Shown: in pieces, positions 16,201 to 25,399 of the stretch
Position numbering within the stretch: position 1 is the stretch's first letter
How the letters are laid out: the number at the start of each line of letters is the position of its first letter
NCBI RefSeq assembly: GCF_042660085.1
Contig: NZ_JBHSTI010000002.1
Coordinates: 240,001 to 272,000, forward strand
DNA from: Longivirga aurantiaca
Lineage (GTDB): Bacteria; Actinomycetota; Actinomycetes; S36-B12; CAIYMF01
Direction: 5' to 3'
Length of the DNA stretch: 32,000 nt
Notes under the pieces: generated by a model
What the model was told of the DNA's origin: nothing
The model's input: only the letters and a program-made list of their open reading frames with translations
Databases searched by the model: none
Translations under genes and position numbers: made by a program

Positions 16201-17142
16201 TCAGCGGGACGTCTCGGCGAGCAGCACGCCGGCCAGCACCACGGCGCCACCCAGGATCTGCACCGGCGTCAGCACCTCGCCGAGCAGGACGAAGGCGATG
16301 ACCGAGGCGATGAGCGGCTCGGTCATGCCCACGACCGAGGCCTGGGTGGCGCGCAGGTGGCGCAGCGCCTGCAGCACGAGGGCGAAGGGCACCACGGTGC
16401 CGGGCACGACCATCCACGCGATCAGCGCCCAGCCGGGCACGGCAGGGCCGTCGGCGCCGAACGGCTCGGCGGTCAGCGCGAGCGTCTCCCAGGGGAACGA
16501 CCACCACGGCTGGACCACGGCCCAGAACGCCGTGGCGAAGAAGAAGCCCCACATCGTGAGCGAGACGGGGTCGCGGTCGACGACGAGCTTCTCGCCGAGG
16601 ACGTAGTACAGCGCCAGCGCGACGGCGGCGCCCAACGACGCCACCACACCGACCACGTCCAGCGAGAAGCCGGCCCAGACCTGCGCGACCATCGCGAGAC
16701 CGACGAGCGCGAGCAGCAGGGCGAGGAAGACGCGATCGCGCACAGGCTCGCGCATCACGAACCGGAACCAGAGCGCCACCATGATCGGCGCGGTGAACTC
16801 GATGAGCAGCGCGACGCCGACGGCGAGCTTCTGGATCCCGAGGAAGTACAGCGACTGCGTTGCGGCGATGCCGAGGATGCCGTAGACCGCGAGCCTGCCG
16901 ATCTCGGCCCGGCGCAGCCGCAGGCCGCTGCGCCGTACGAGCGCGACGACGAGCAGCAGGATCAGGAACGCCAGCGTGACGCGGAGCTGGGAGAGCCGCT
17001 GCCACGGCACTCCGCCGAGGAGCAGGAACTTGCTGACCGACCCGTTGAGCGCGAAGAGCGTCGCGGCGATGAGGTAGGTGCCGTAGCCGAGGGCCGGCCG
17101 GCGGTCGATCTGTGCGACCGGCGGAGTCTCGAACACGGTCAC
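16201..17142 (-). CDS. EamA/DMT family transporter
   Basis: Ten hydrophobic segments; duplicated EamA pattern (FALNGSVSKFLLLGG...; RHLRATQASVVGMTEPLIASVIAFVLLGEVLTPVQILGGAVVLAGVLL); GTG start overlaps the glgA stop. Confidence 0.88.
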   Translation of the reverse strand: MTVFETPPVAQIDRRPALGYGTYLIAATLFALNGSVSKFLLLGGVPWQRLSQLRVTLAFLILLLVVALVRRSGLRLRRAEIGRLAVYGILGIAATQSLYFLGIQKLAVGVALLIEFTAPIMVALWFRFVMREPVRDRVFLALLLALVGLAMVAQVWAGFSLDVVGVVASLGAAVALALYYVLGEKLVVDRDPVSLTMWGFFFATAFWAVVQPWWSFPWETLALTAEPFGADGPAVPGWALIAWMVVPGTVVPFALVLQALRHLRATQASVVGMTEPLIASVIAFVLLGEVLTPVQILGGAVVLAGVLLAETSR

Positions 17143-18314
17143 GGCGTGGGGGCCCCCGGCACGGCCCCGGCCTGCAGGTAGACCTCGACGGTCTGCTGGG
17201 CGATCACGTGCCAGCCGAACTCGGCGATGACGCGGGCCCTGCCCTTCACGCCCATGACGCGGGCGCGCTCGCGGTCGGCGACGAGCGAGTTGACGGCCTC
17301 GGCGAACCGGAGGCGGAAGCCCTCCTCGTCGTCGGCGTCGTAGTGCACGAGGAGCCCGGTCTCGCCGTCGACGACGACCTCGGGGATGCCGCCGACGTCG
17401 GACGCGACCACGGCGGTCTCGCACGCCATGGCCTCGAGGTTGACGATGCCGAGCGGCTCGTAGACCGAGGGGCAGAGGAACGCGACCGCATGGGTGAGCA
17501 GCTGCTGCACGACCGGGCGGGCCGCGTGCTCCTGGATCCAGACGACGTCGCGCATCTCGCGCAGGGTCGCGATCGCCTCGGCTGTCTCGTGCCCGATCTC
17601 GGGGGTGTCCGGCGCGGAGGCGCAGAAGACGAGCTGCACCTCGGGGTCGAAGTGGGCCGCGGCGGCCAGCAGGTGCTTGATGCCCTTCTGCCGCGTGATC
17701 CGGCCGACGAACACGACGAACGGCCGGCTCATGTCGACGCCGAACGGCTCGATCAGGTCGCTCGTCTCCCGCGGCTGCCACGCGACGGTGTCGATGCCGT
17801 TGCGCACGACGTGCACGCGCTCGGGCTCGACGAAGGGGTACGCGTCGAGCACGTCGAGGCGCATCCCCTCGGACACCGCGATGATCGCGGCCGCCTCGCG
17901 GTACGACGACGCCTCGACCCAGGACGACATGCGGTAGCCGCCGCCGAGCTGCTCCTCCTTCCACGGCCTGCGGGGCTCGAGGGAGTGGGCGGTGACGACG
18001 TGCGGCACCTTCCACAGCTCGGCGGCGAGGTGGCCGGCGAAGTTGGTGTACCAGGTGTGCGAGTGGACGACGTCGACCTGGTCGAGCACCCGCACCATGT
18101 CGAGGTCGACGGCGAGGGTCTGCAGGGCCGGGTTGGCCTTCTCGAAGCCGGCCGGCACCTGGTGGCCGATGGCGCCGGTCCGCGAGTTCCCGAAGGCGTG
18201 CACCCGGACGTCGGCGAGGGGCCTGAGCTCGCGCACGAGCTCCTCGACGTGGACTCCGGCACCGCCGTAGACGTCCGGCGGCCATTCCCTGGTGAGGATC
18301 CCTACGCGCAGCAC
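17139..18314 (-). CDS. glgA: Glycogen synthase, actinobacterial GT4 type
   Basis: MLRVGILTREWPPDVYGGAGVHVEELVREL, VVTAHSLEPRRPWK, VGRITRQKGIKHLLAAA, CPSVYEPLGIVNLEAMACETAVVAS; divergent from glgC. Confidence 0.9.
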   Translation of the reverse strand: MLRVGILTREWPPDVYGGAGVHVEELVRELRPLADVRVHAFGNSRTGAIGHQVPAGFEKANPALQTLAVDLDMVRVLDQVDVVHSHTWYTNFAGHLAAELWKVPHVVTAHSLEPRRPWKEEQLGGGYRMSSWVEASSYREAAAIIAVSEGMRLDVLDAYPFVEPERVHVVRNGIDTVAWQPRETSDLIEPFGVDMSRPFVVFVGRITRQKGIKHLLAAAAHFDPEVQLVFCASAPDTPEIGHETAEAIATLREMRDVVWIQEHAARPVVQQLLTHAVAFLCPSVYEPLGIVNLEAMACETAVVASDVGGIPEVVVDGETGLLVHYDADDEEGFRLRFAEAVNSLVADRERARVMGVKGRARVIAEFGWHVIAQQTVEVYLQAGAVPGAPTP

Positions 18315-18391
18315 GGGCGTCAGCCTAGGGGTCCGGCCTCGGGTGCGCGCCGAGAGCGCTCGGAGAGACCGCGAGCCACGGATCGCATCGC

Positions 18392-18421
18392 CTTACAGGC
18401 CACCGTCCACCGGTCTACTGT
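18392..18421 (+). promoter_or_regulatory. Candidate glgC promoter (leaderless arrangement)
   Basis: CTTACA 18392-18397, 18-nt spacer, TACTGT 18416-18421; GTG start codon at 18428. Confidence 0.5.
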
Positions 18422-18427
18422 GAGCGC

Positions 18428-19651
18428 GTGGCCAACCGTGATGTCCTGGGAATCGTGCTCGCCGGCGGCGAGGGCAAGCGCCTCATGCCCCTCACGGCGG
18501 ACCGGGCCAAACCCGCGGTGCCCTTCGGCGGCGCCTACCGGCTCGTGGACTTCGTCCTGTCGAACCTCGTCAACGCCGGATACCTGCGCATCTGCGTGCT
18601 GACCCAGTACAAGAGCCACTCGCTCGACCGGCACATCACGACCACCTGGCGCATGTCGACGCTGCTCGGCAACTACATCACCCCGGTGCCGGCGCAGCAG
18701 CGCCTCGGCCCGCGCTGGTTCACCGGCTCGGCCGACGCGATCTTCCAGAGCCTCAACCTCGTCTACGACGAGAGCCCGAAGTACGTCGTCGTCTTCGGCG
18801 CCGACCACGTGTACCGCATGGATCCGCAGCAGATGCTCGACCAGCACATCGCCTCGGGTGCCGGCGTGACGGTCGCGGGCATCCGGGTGCCCAAGGAGCA
18901 GGCGTACCAGTTCGGCGTCATCGAGACCGCCGCCGACGGCCGCGGCATCAACCGCTTCGTCGAGAAGCCGCTCGACCCGATCACGATCCCCGGCGACCCC
19001 GACCACGTCTACGCGTCGATGGGCAACTACATCTTCACGACCGACGTCCTGGTCGAGGCCCTGCGCATCGATGCCGGCGACGAGGGCTCCGTGCACGACA
19101 TGGGCGGCAACATCATCCCGATGCTCGTGTCGCAGGGGATGGCCAACGTCTACGACTTCGACGAGAACGAGGTCCCTGGCTCGACCGACCGCGACCGCGG
19201 CTACTGGCGCGACGTCGGGACGCTCGACGCATACCACGACGCGCACATGGACCTCGTGTCCGTGCACCCGATCTTCAACCTCTACAACCGGCAGTGGCCG
19301 ATCCTGTCGCACCTCCCGCCGCTGCCCCCCGCCAAGTTCGTCGAGGGCGGCAACTCGCATGAGTCGATGGTCGGCGCAGGATCGATCGTCGCGGGCGCGC
19401 ACGTGCGCAACTCGGTGCTGTCGTACGACGTCAACATCCGTGAGGGTGCGTATGTCGAGGGCGCGGTCGTCATGAACGGCGTGAAGATCGGCCGCGGCGC
19501 CGTCATCCGTCGCGCCATCCTCGACAAGAACGTGATCGTGCCGGACGGCGCGCAGATCGGCGTCAACCTCGAGACCGACCGCGAGCGCTACACCGTGAGC
19601 GACAGCGGGATCGTGGTCGTGGGCAAGGGCCAGAAGGTCGAAGTCAGCTGA
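18428..19651 (+). CDS. glgC: Glucose-1-phosphate adenylyltransferase
   Basis: [77 protein letters not shown]. Confidence 0.96.
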   Translation: MANRDVLGIVLAGGEGKRLMPLTADRAKPAVPFGGAYRLVDFVLSNLVNAGYLRICVLTQYKSHSLDRHITTTWRMSTLLGNYITPVPAQQRLGPRWFTGSADAIFQSLNLVYDESPKYVVVFGADHVYRMDPQQMLDQHIASGAGVTVAGIRVPKEQAYQFGVIETAADGRGINRFVEKPLDPITIPGDPDHVYASMGNYIFTTDVLVEALRIDAGDEGSVHDMGGNIIPMLVSQGMANVYDFDENEVPGSTDRDRGYWRDVGTLDAYHDAHMDLVSVHPIFNLYNRQWPILSHLPPLPPAKFVEGGNSHESMVGAGSIVAGAHVRNSVLSYDVNIREGAYVEGAVVMNGVKIGRGAVIRRAILDKNVIVPDGAQIGVNLETDRERYTVSDSGIVVVGKGQKVEVS

Positions 19652-20430
19652 TGCCGGGCGACGGTCGCACCGCGGTCGTCACCGGCGCGGCGGGGGGCCT
19701 CGGCCGGGTGCTCGTCGAGCGCCTCGCCCGCGAGGGCTACGACGTCGTCGGCGTCGACCTGCACGGCACCGACAGGCTCCTCGACGTCACCGACCCCGCG
19801 GCCTGCCGGGCCCTCGCGGACGAGCTCCGCCCCCGCGTGTGGGTCAACAACGCCGGCGTCCTCGGAGCCGGCGACGCGGCCACCCAGCCCGACGAGGTCG
19901 TCGACCGCGTCGTCCGCGTGAACCTTCTGGGCGTCGTGCACGGCACCCGCGCAGCCGTCGCCTCGATGCGCGCTGCCGGCGGCGGGCACGTCGTGCAGAT
20001 CGCGTCGCTCGCCTCCTGGGTGCCGGTGCCGGGGGAGGCGCTCTACGCCGCGACCAAGGCGGGGGTGCTGTCGTACACCCTCGGGCTCCAGGCCGAGCTC
20101 CGCGCCCAGGGGGTGAAGGACATCGACCTGACCGCCGTCTGCCCCGACGGGATGCTCACCCCGATGCTCATCGACGTGCTCGACGACGACTCGCTCGCGC
20201 TGTCGTTCTCCGCGCCGCGGCTGGTGACGCCTGCCCAGGTGGCCGAGCGGCTGGTCGATGTGCTCGAGCGGCCGAGGCTCGTCACGAGCGTGCCGCACTG
20301 GCGCGGTGCCCAGGTGCGCCTCATGGCGGGTATGCCCGACGTCGTGCTCAGGGCGGCACCGATCTTCTGGGAGCAGGGGCTGCGCAACCTCCGCAAGGCC
20401 CGAGCCCAGGCGGTGCTGACGCGTCGCTAG
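19651..20430 (+). CDS. SDR family oxidoreductase
   Basis: TAVVTGAAGGLGRVLVERLAREG, VNNAGVLG, active-site YAATK; ATG shares one base with the glgC stop (TGATG). Confidence 0.88.
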   Translation: MPGDGRTAVVTGAAGGLGRVLVERLAREGYDVVGVDLHGTDRLLDVTDPAACRALADELRPRVWVNNAGVLGAGDAATQPDEVVDRVVRVNLLGVVHGTRAAVASMRAAGGGHVVQIASLASWVPVPGEALYAATKAGVLSYTLGLQAELRAQGVKDIDLTAVCPDGMLTPMLIDVLDDDSLALSFSAPRLVTPAQVAERLVDVLERPRLVTSVPHWRGAQVRLMAGMPDVVLRAAPIFWEQGLRNLRKARAQAVLTRR

Positions 20431-20648
20431 GAGCGGCTGTCGACGGCCGGCTCTGCGGCCGGCTCCACGACCGTGGCCCGACCGGCGTACAGAAGGGCGT
20501 GGTCGCGGGCCTCGCTACGCACGATGCGGCGGTCGCGGCGGGCAGCCGTCCGCCACCCGCACGTGCAGACCGCATGGGAGAACCGGCCGTCCTCGATGTG
20601 CACCTCGTGCTCGGGGAGGCGGCCGTCCTGGGGAAGCGGAGCGGTCAC
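20427..20648 (-). CDS. Small hypothetical protein (73 aa) with a CxCGW motif
   Basis: MTAPLPQDGRLPEHEVHIEDGRFSHAVCTCGWRTAARRDRRIVRSEARDHALL...; stop overlaps the convergent SDR stop. Confidence 0.6.
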   Translation of the reverse strand: MTAPLPQDGRLPEHEVHIEDGRFSHAVCTCGWRTAARRDRRIVRSEARDHALLYAGRATVVEPAAEPAVDSRS

Positions 20649-20843
20649 ATTCCGACGGTAGCCCAGGCACCCGGGCGGCGCGCAAGGAACCCCTCGAAAG
20701 GGTTGCCCGGGGGCCCACGACCCGCCGGGACCGAGCGCCCAGCGGCCGCCCTCAGGGTGCCTGGCCGTCCACGGCCCGTCCCATGACCGCCGTGGCGCGG
20801 TGGTCGTCCGGCACGGGCCGGTGTCTCTGACGGTCGGGCAGGC

Positions 20844-21125
20844 TCAGTCCTCGAAGTCGACGACGGTCTTTGCGCTCATCCGGTCCCTGATCCAGGCGCC
20901 GAACTCCTGGTGGACGGGGTGGTCCTGGTACGCGCGCAGGCCGTCGACGTCGTCGTGGGTGGAGATGAGCACGACATGCGCCGCGCCGGGATCGCCGAGC
21001 ATGTCGATCCCGGCGGCGATCGACCGGATGGCCCCGATCTGCGGGCCGAGCGCCTCGATGCGGCTCTTGGTCTCGGCGGCGTCGGCCGGATCGGTCAGCG
21101 TGAACGAGACGACATGGGTCAGCAC
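20844..21125 (-). CDS. Dabb family (stress-responsive A/B barrel) protein
   Basis: MLTHVVSFTLTDPADAAETKSRIEALGPQIGAIRSIAAGID...DVDGLRAYQDHPVHQEF. Confidence 0.82.
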   Translation of the reverse strand: MLTHVVSFTLTDPADAAETKSRIEALGPQIGAIRSIAAGIDMLGDPGAAHVVLISTHDDVDGLRAYQDHPVHQEFGAWIRDRMSAKTVVDFED

Positions 21126-21192
21126 CGGGGCTCCTGAAGGTCGAAGGGGCCCCGCCAGCGTAGGCGGAGCCCCTTCGGAGGTGCTGATCGGC

Positions 21193-21972
21193 TCAGCCGA
21201 AGCGGCCGGAGATGTAGTCCTCGGTGGCCTGCTGGGTCGGCGTCGAGAACATCGTCTCGGTGGGGGCCATCTCGACGAGGCGCCCGGGCTTGCCGACGGC
21301 GGACAGGTTGAAGAAGCCGGTCGTGTCCGAGACGCGGGCCGCCTGCTGCATGTTGTGCGTCACGATGACGATGGTGAAGCGCTCCTTGAGCTCCTCGATC
21401 AGGTCCTCGATCGCGAGCGTCGAGATGGGGTCGAGCGCGGAGCACGGCTCGTCCATCAGGAGCACCTGGGGCTCGACCGCGATCGCGCGAGCGATGCACA
21501 GGCGCTGCTGCTGGCCGCCCGACAGGCCCGAGCCCGGGCGGGAGAGGCGGTCCTTGACCTCCTCCCAGAGGTTCGCACCGCGCAGCGACTTCTCCACGAT
21601 GTCGTCCATCTCGCCCTTGCGGCGCTTCCCGCCCTCGAGGCGCAGACCCGCGATGACGTTCTCGTAGATCGACATCGTCGGGAACGGGTTCGGCCGCTGG
21701 AAGACCATGCCGATGGTGCGGCGCACGTTCACTGGGTCGACATCCGAGGCGTAGATGTCCTGGCCGTCGAGCAGCACCTTGCCCTCGACGTACGCACCGG
21801 GGATGACCTCGTGCATACGGTTGAGGGAGCGCAGCACGGTGGACTTGCCGCAGCCGGAGGGCCCGATGAAGGCCGTGACGGAGCGCGGCTCGACGGACAG
21901 GGAGACGTTCTCGACCGCCTTGAACGCGCCGTAGTAGATGTCGAGGTCGGCGACGTCGATCCGCTTGGCCAT
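21193..21972 (-). CDS. pstB: Phosphate ABC transporter ATP-binding protein
   Basis: [91 protein letters not shown]. Confidence 0.96.
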   Translation of the reverse strand: MAKRIDVADLDIYYGAFKAVENVSLSVEPRSVTAFIGPSGCGKSTVLRSLNRMHEVIPGAYVEGKVLLDGQDIYASDVDPVNVRRTIGMVFQRPNPFPTMSIYENVIAGLRLEGGKRRKGEMDDIVEKSLRGANLWEEVKDRLSRPGSGLSGGQQQRLCIARAIAVEPQVLLMDEPCSALDPISTLAIEDLIEELKERFTIVIVTHNMQQAARVSDTTGFFNLSAVGKPGRLVEMAPTETMFSTPTQQATEDYISGRFG

Positions 21973-22003
21973 GGTGGTGATGCTCTCTTCGTGGTGTCGG
22001 TGG

Positions 22004-23101
22004 TCAGCGCTTGACGCCGGTGAACCGGGCGATGATCTTGGCGGTCAGGTACAGCACCATCACGATCGTGATGAGGACGAGGGCCGCGGCCCAGGCGCGG
22101 TCCTGCGAGGCGTCCGTGCCGCTGTTGAACTGGTCCCAGATGAACGTCGGCAGGGCGGCCTGCGGGCCTGCGAACGGGTTCCAGTTGATCGACGTGGTCA
22201 TGAAGGTCGTCAGCAGCAGAGGAGCGGTCTCGCCCGCGATACGCGCCACCGCCAGCATGGCGCCGGTGACGATGCCGCTGAGCGCGGTCGGCAGCACGAT
22301 CTTGAGGATCGTGCGCCACTTGGGGATGCCGAGCGCGTACGACGCCTCGCGCAGGTCGCGCGGGACGATCCGCAGCATCTCCTCGGTCGATCGCACGACC
22401 ACCGGGATCATGAGGATCGTGAGGGCGAGCGACGCGGCGAAACCGGAGCGCTCCATGCCGAGGGTGAGCACGAACGCCGTGTAGATGAACAGGCCGACGA
22501 CGACCGACGGCACACCGGTCATGACGTCGACGAAGAAGCTGACGGCCCGGGCCAGCCTCCGCGAGCGGGCCTGTGCTGCGTACTCGACGAGGTAGATCGC
22601 GGTCATGATCCCCAGCGGGATACCGATCAGCGCGGCGATCCCCACCTGCTCCAGGGTGCCGATGATCGCGTGGTAGACGCCGCCGCCCTCCTCGCGCGGC
22701 GAGACCCCGCGCATGGAGGTCAGCAGGAAGTCCAGGTCGAGCGCCTTCAGGCCGCGCACGACCACGGTCACCAGGATGGCGACCAGGGGCGCGAGGGCGA
22801 CGAGGAAGGTCGTGTAGACCAGCGTGGTGGCCAGGCGGTCGACCGCGTGACGACGGCCCTCGACGGCGAAGCTCCAGCCCGTCTGGATGGCCGCGAACAG
22901 CAGCGCGGCCACGACGAGTGTGCCCGCGACACCGTCGACGGACGTGACGACGTTGAGCACGTAGGCGAGGGCCAGCGAGGCGACACCTGTGGCGGCCGCG
23001 GCCCAGCGGGGCAGCTTGCCGCCGGCCAGGGCGTCGTGGAGCAGGCGGTCGCTCTCGACGCGCTCGTCCTGCGCCGGGCTCACGGGGGGCTGGTTGCTCA
23101 T
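22004..23101 (-). CDS. pstA: Phosphate ABC transporter permease
   Basis: Starts [17 protein letters not shown]; [86 protein letters not shown]; ATGA overlap with pstC. Confidence 0.94.
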   Translation of the reverse strand: MSNQPPVSPAQDERVESDRLLHDALAGGKLPRWAAAATGVASLALAYVLNVVTSVDGVAGTLVVAALLFAAIQTGWSFAVEGRRHAVDRLATTLVYTTFLVALAPLVAILVTVVVRGLKALDLDFLLTSMRGVSPREEGGGVYHAIIGTLEQVGIAALIGIPLGIMTAIYLVEYAAQARSRRLARAVSFFVDVMTGVPSVVVGLFIYTAFVLTLGMERSGFAASLALTILMIPVVVRSTEEMLRIVPRDLREASYALGIPKWRTILKIVLPTALSGIVTGAMLAVARIAGETAPLLLTTFMTTSINWNPFAGPQAALPTFIWDQFNSGTDASQDRAWAAALVLITIVMVLYLTAKIIARFTGVKR

Positions 23102-24084
23102 GAGTTGGCCCCCGAGAACTCGGACCGGCGGGCGATGACGATGCGGGCGATCATGTTCACCGCGAGCGTGATCACGAAGAGCACGAGCCCGCTCGCGATG
23201 AGCGCGGACAGGCCGGTGGGGCGGGCCTCGTTCCAGCGCAGCGCGATGTTGGCGGCGAAGGTGTTGCCGCCAGGCTCGGTGATCTGCCAGTTGATCGAGT
23301 ACGTGGCGGACAGCACGAGTGCCACCGCGATCGTCTCGCCCAGCGCCCGGCCCAGCCCCAGCATCGAGGCCGAGATCATGCCGGGGCGGGCGAACGGGAA
23401 GACGGCCATCCGCACCATCTCCCAGCGGGTCGCGCCGAGGGCGAGCGCTGCCTCGACGTGCTCGCGCGGCACCTGCAGGAACACCTCGCGGCTGATCGCA
23501 GAGACGGTCGGCAGCACCATGATGGCCAGCACCGTGCCCGCGATCATGATCGACCGGGTGTAGATGCCGAGGTCGTTCTGGAAGAGGGGGATCCACGCGA
23601 AGTAGGTGGTGAGCCACTGCAGGAAGCCCTGCATCTGCGGCATGAGGAAGCTGAGGCCCCACATGCCGAAGATGATGGATGGGACGGCCGCGAGCAGGTC
23701 GGTGACGAACCCCAGCGCCGAGCCGAGGCGCTTGTTGGCGTAGTAGGCGATGAAGAGCGCGATGCCGATGCCGACGGGGACCGCGAGGAGCATCGCGATG
23801 ATCGCGGTCATGACGGTGCCGAAGGCCAGCGCTGCGATGCCGAAGTAGGCCGGGTCGGAATCCGGCTTCCAGTCCTGCGTGGTGAAGAAGTTGGCCGTGT
23901 TGGCCTGGAGGCCGGGGATCGCCTTCCAGATCAGGAAGACGGCGATCGCCGCCATGATCACGAGGATCAGGACGCCGGCTCCCCGCGACAGGCCGAGGAA
24001 GACCTGGTCGCCGCGGCGGACCGCGGCGCCCTTGATCTCCGGCGCTGCCTCGGGGGCGCCCGGGGGCTTGACCGTGGTGCTCAT
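23098..24084 (-). CDS. pstC: Phosphate ABC transporter permease
   Basis: MSTTVKPPGAPEAAPEIKG...; FVTDLLAAVPSIIFGMWGLSFLMP, EAALALGATRWEMVRMAVFPFARPGMISASMLGLGRALGETIAVALVL. Confidence 0.94.
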   Translation of the reverse strand: MSTTVKPPGAPEAAPEIKGAAVRRGDQVFLGLSRGAGVLILVIMAAIAVFLIWKAIPGLQANTANFFTTQDWKPDSDPAYFGIAALAFGTVMTAIIAMLLAVPVGIGIALFIAYYANKRLGSALGFVTDLLAAVPSIIFGMWGLSFLMPQMQGFLQWLTTYFAWIPLFQNDLGIYTRSIMIAGTVLAIMVLPTVSAISREVFLQVPREHVEAALALGATRWEMVRMAVFPFARPGMISASMLGLGRALGETIAVALVLSATYSINWQITEPGGNTFAANIALRWNEARPTGLSALIASGLVLFVITLAVNMIARIVIARRSEFSGANS

Positions 24085-24123
24085 CGGTTGCAACCGCCGT
24101 GTGGTGATAGGTGGGTGGGACGG

Positions 24124-24158
24124 TCCTGGGGCGGCAGGTCAGACCTGCCGCCCCAGGA
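24124..24158. terminator. Perfect 17-bp-arm stem-loop in the pstS-pstC spacer (attenuator or mRNA-stabilising hairpin)
   Basis: tcctggggcggcaggtc-a-gacctgccgccccagga, 26 bp downstream of the pstS stop. Confidence 0.7.
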
Positions 24159-24183
24159 TCCTCGCAGGATCAGCCGAGCGTCG

Positions 24184-25266
24184 TCACCCGATGGCGGCGA
24201 CTGCTGCCTGCACCTTGGTCAGGAGGTCGCCGCTGATCGGCACGTAGCCGATCTCCGTGAGCACGGCCTGGCCGTCGTTCGAGGCGGTGTAGGTCAGGAA
24301 CGACTTCGTCACCTCGAGGTCGGCGCCGGACAGGCCCTTCTCGCAGGTGATCTCGTAGGTCACGAGCACGATCGGGTAGCCCGTGGTGCCCTTGCGGTCG
24401 ATGTTGAGGGGCAGGTTGTTGCCGGTGCCCTCGATCGTGGCGGTGGCGATGGTGGTCGCCGCGTTGTCCGAGGTGGGCTCGATCGGGCCGTTGCCGTTGT
24501 CGATCCAGGCGGCCGACAGGCCGGCGTCCTGGGCGAACGAGAGCTCGACGTAGCCGATCGAGTTGGCGGTGCTCTTCACAGCGCTGGCGACGCCGTCAGA
24601 GCCCTTGGCGCCCTGGCCGCCGTCGGCCTCCCACGCCTTGCCGCCCTCGAAGTCCCAGGCGTCCTTGGCGATGAGGTACTTGATGAAGTTGTCGGTGGTG
24701 CCGGACTCGTCGCTGCGGTGGAACTGCGCGATGGTGGCGTCCGGAAGCGTCGCGCCCGAGTTGAGGGCGGCGATCTTCGGGTCGTTCCACTTGGTGATCG
24801 AGTTGTTGAAGATGCCGGCCAGCGTGGGCGCGTCGAGCACGAGCTTGTCGAGGCCCTCGACGTTGTAGACCACGGTGATGGCGCCGCCCACCATCGGGAT
24901 GTTCAGGGCGGGGCCGGTGGCGCAGCGGGCGTCAGCCTGGGGCTGCTCGTCCTCCTTGAGCGCCGAGTCGGAGCCGGCGAACGCGGTCTGCTTGTTCAGG
25001 AAGTCGGTGACGCCGGCGCCGGAGCCGGTCGCCTGGTAGTCGATGGTGGCGTCGGGGCACGCGGCGATGTAGGCGTTGACCCACTCGGCGATCGCGTTCT
25101 TCTGGGCGCTGGAGCCGGAGGCCTTGATCGAGCCGGTGGCGCACTCGATGCTGCCCGCGGGAGCGCTCGACGTCGTCGAACCGCCGCCGTCCGAACCGCA
25201 GGCGGTGAGCGCGAGGGCGCTGGTGAGGATGACGGCCGCAAGGCCGCTGGTGCGGGTGAGGGACAC
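24184..25266 (-). CDS. pstS: Phosphate ABC transporter substrate-binding lipoprotein
   Basis: Lipobox LALTACGSDGGG; DYQATGSGAGVTDFLNKQTAFAGSDSALK, FRRSDESGTTDNFIKYL; first gene of the pst operon. Confidence 0.95.
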   Translation of the reverse strand: MSLTRTSGLAAVILTSALALTACGSDGGGSTTSSAPAGSIECATGSIKASGSSAQKNAIAEWVNAYIAACPDATIDYQATGSGAGVTDFLNKQTAFAGSDSALKEDEQPQADARCATGPALNIPMVGGAITVVYNVEGLDKLVLDAPTLAGIFNNSITKWNDPKIAALNSGATLPDATIAQFHRSDESGTTDNFIKYLIAKDAWDFEGGKAWEADGGQGAKGSDGVASAVKSTANSIGYVELSFAQDAGLSAAWIDNGNGPIEPTSDNAATTIATATIEGTGNNLPLNIDRKGTTGYPIVLVTYEITCEKGLSGADLEVTKSFLTYTASNDGQAVLTEIGYVPISGDLLTKVQAAVAAIG

Positions 25267-25341
25267 TCTGTCCTCCGTTTGTCCGGGACACTTCTGACAT
25301 CTCGACGCTAGGGAGGGCGGTTGACGGGCTCGGGGGTCGCA

Positions 25342-25359
25342 GGTGAACGGAAGGTGAAC
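25342..25359 (-). promoter_or_regulatory. PHO box (PhoP/RegX3-type direct repeat) upstream of pstS
   Basis: On the minus strand GTTCACC-TTCC-GTTCACC, two perfect 7-mers with 11-bp periodicity. Confidence 0.85.
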
Positions 25360-25399
25360 GCCCGTCGTACTCCCGGGGTCGGCGCGCCTATCGGCAGGG

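Noticed and set aside
20690-20715. AACCC-ctcgaaa-GGGTT hairpin upstream of the 73-aa gene.
   Set aside because: Short 5-bp stem, weak, no clear function.
21871-21900. GATGAAGGC match within pstB resembling the repeat-arm end.
   Set aside because: Only the 9-mer matches and it lies in the conserved Walker A coding region; chance.
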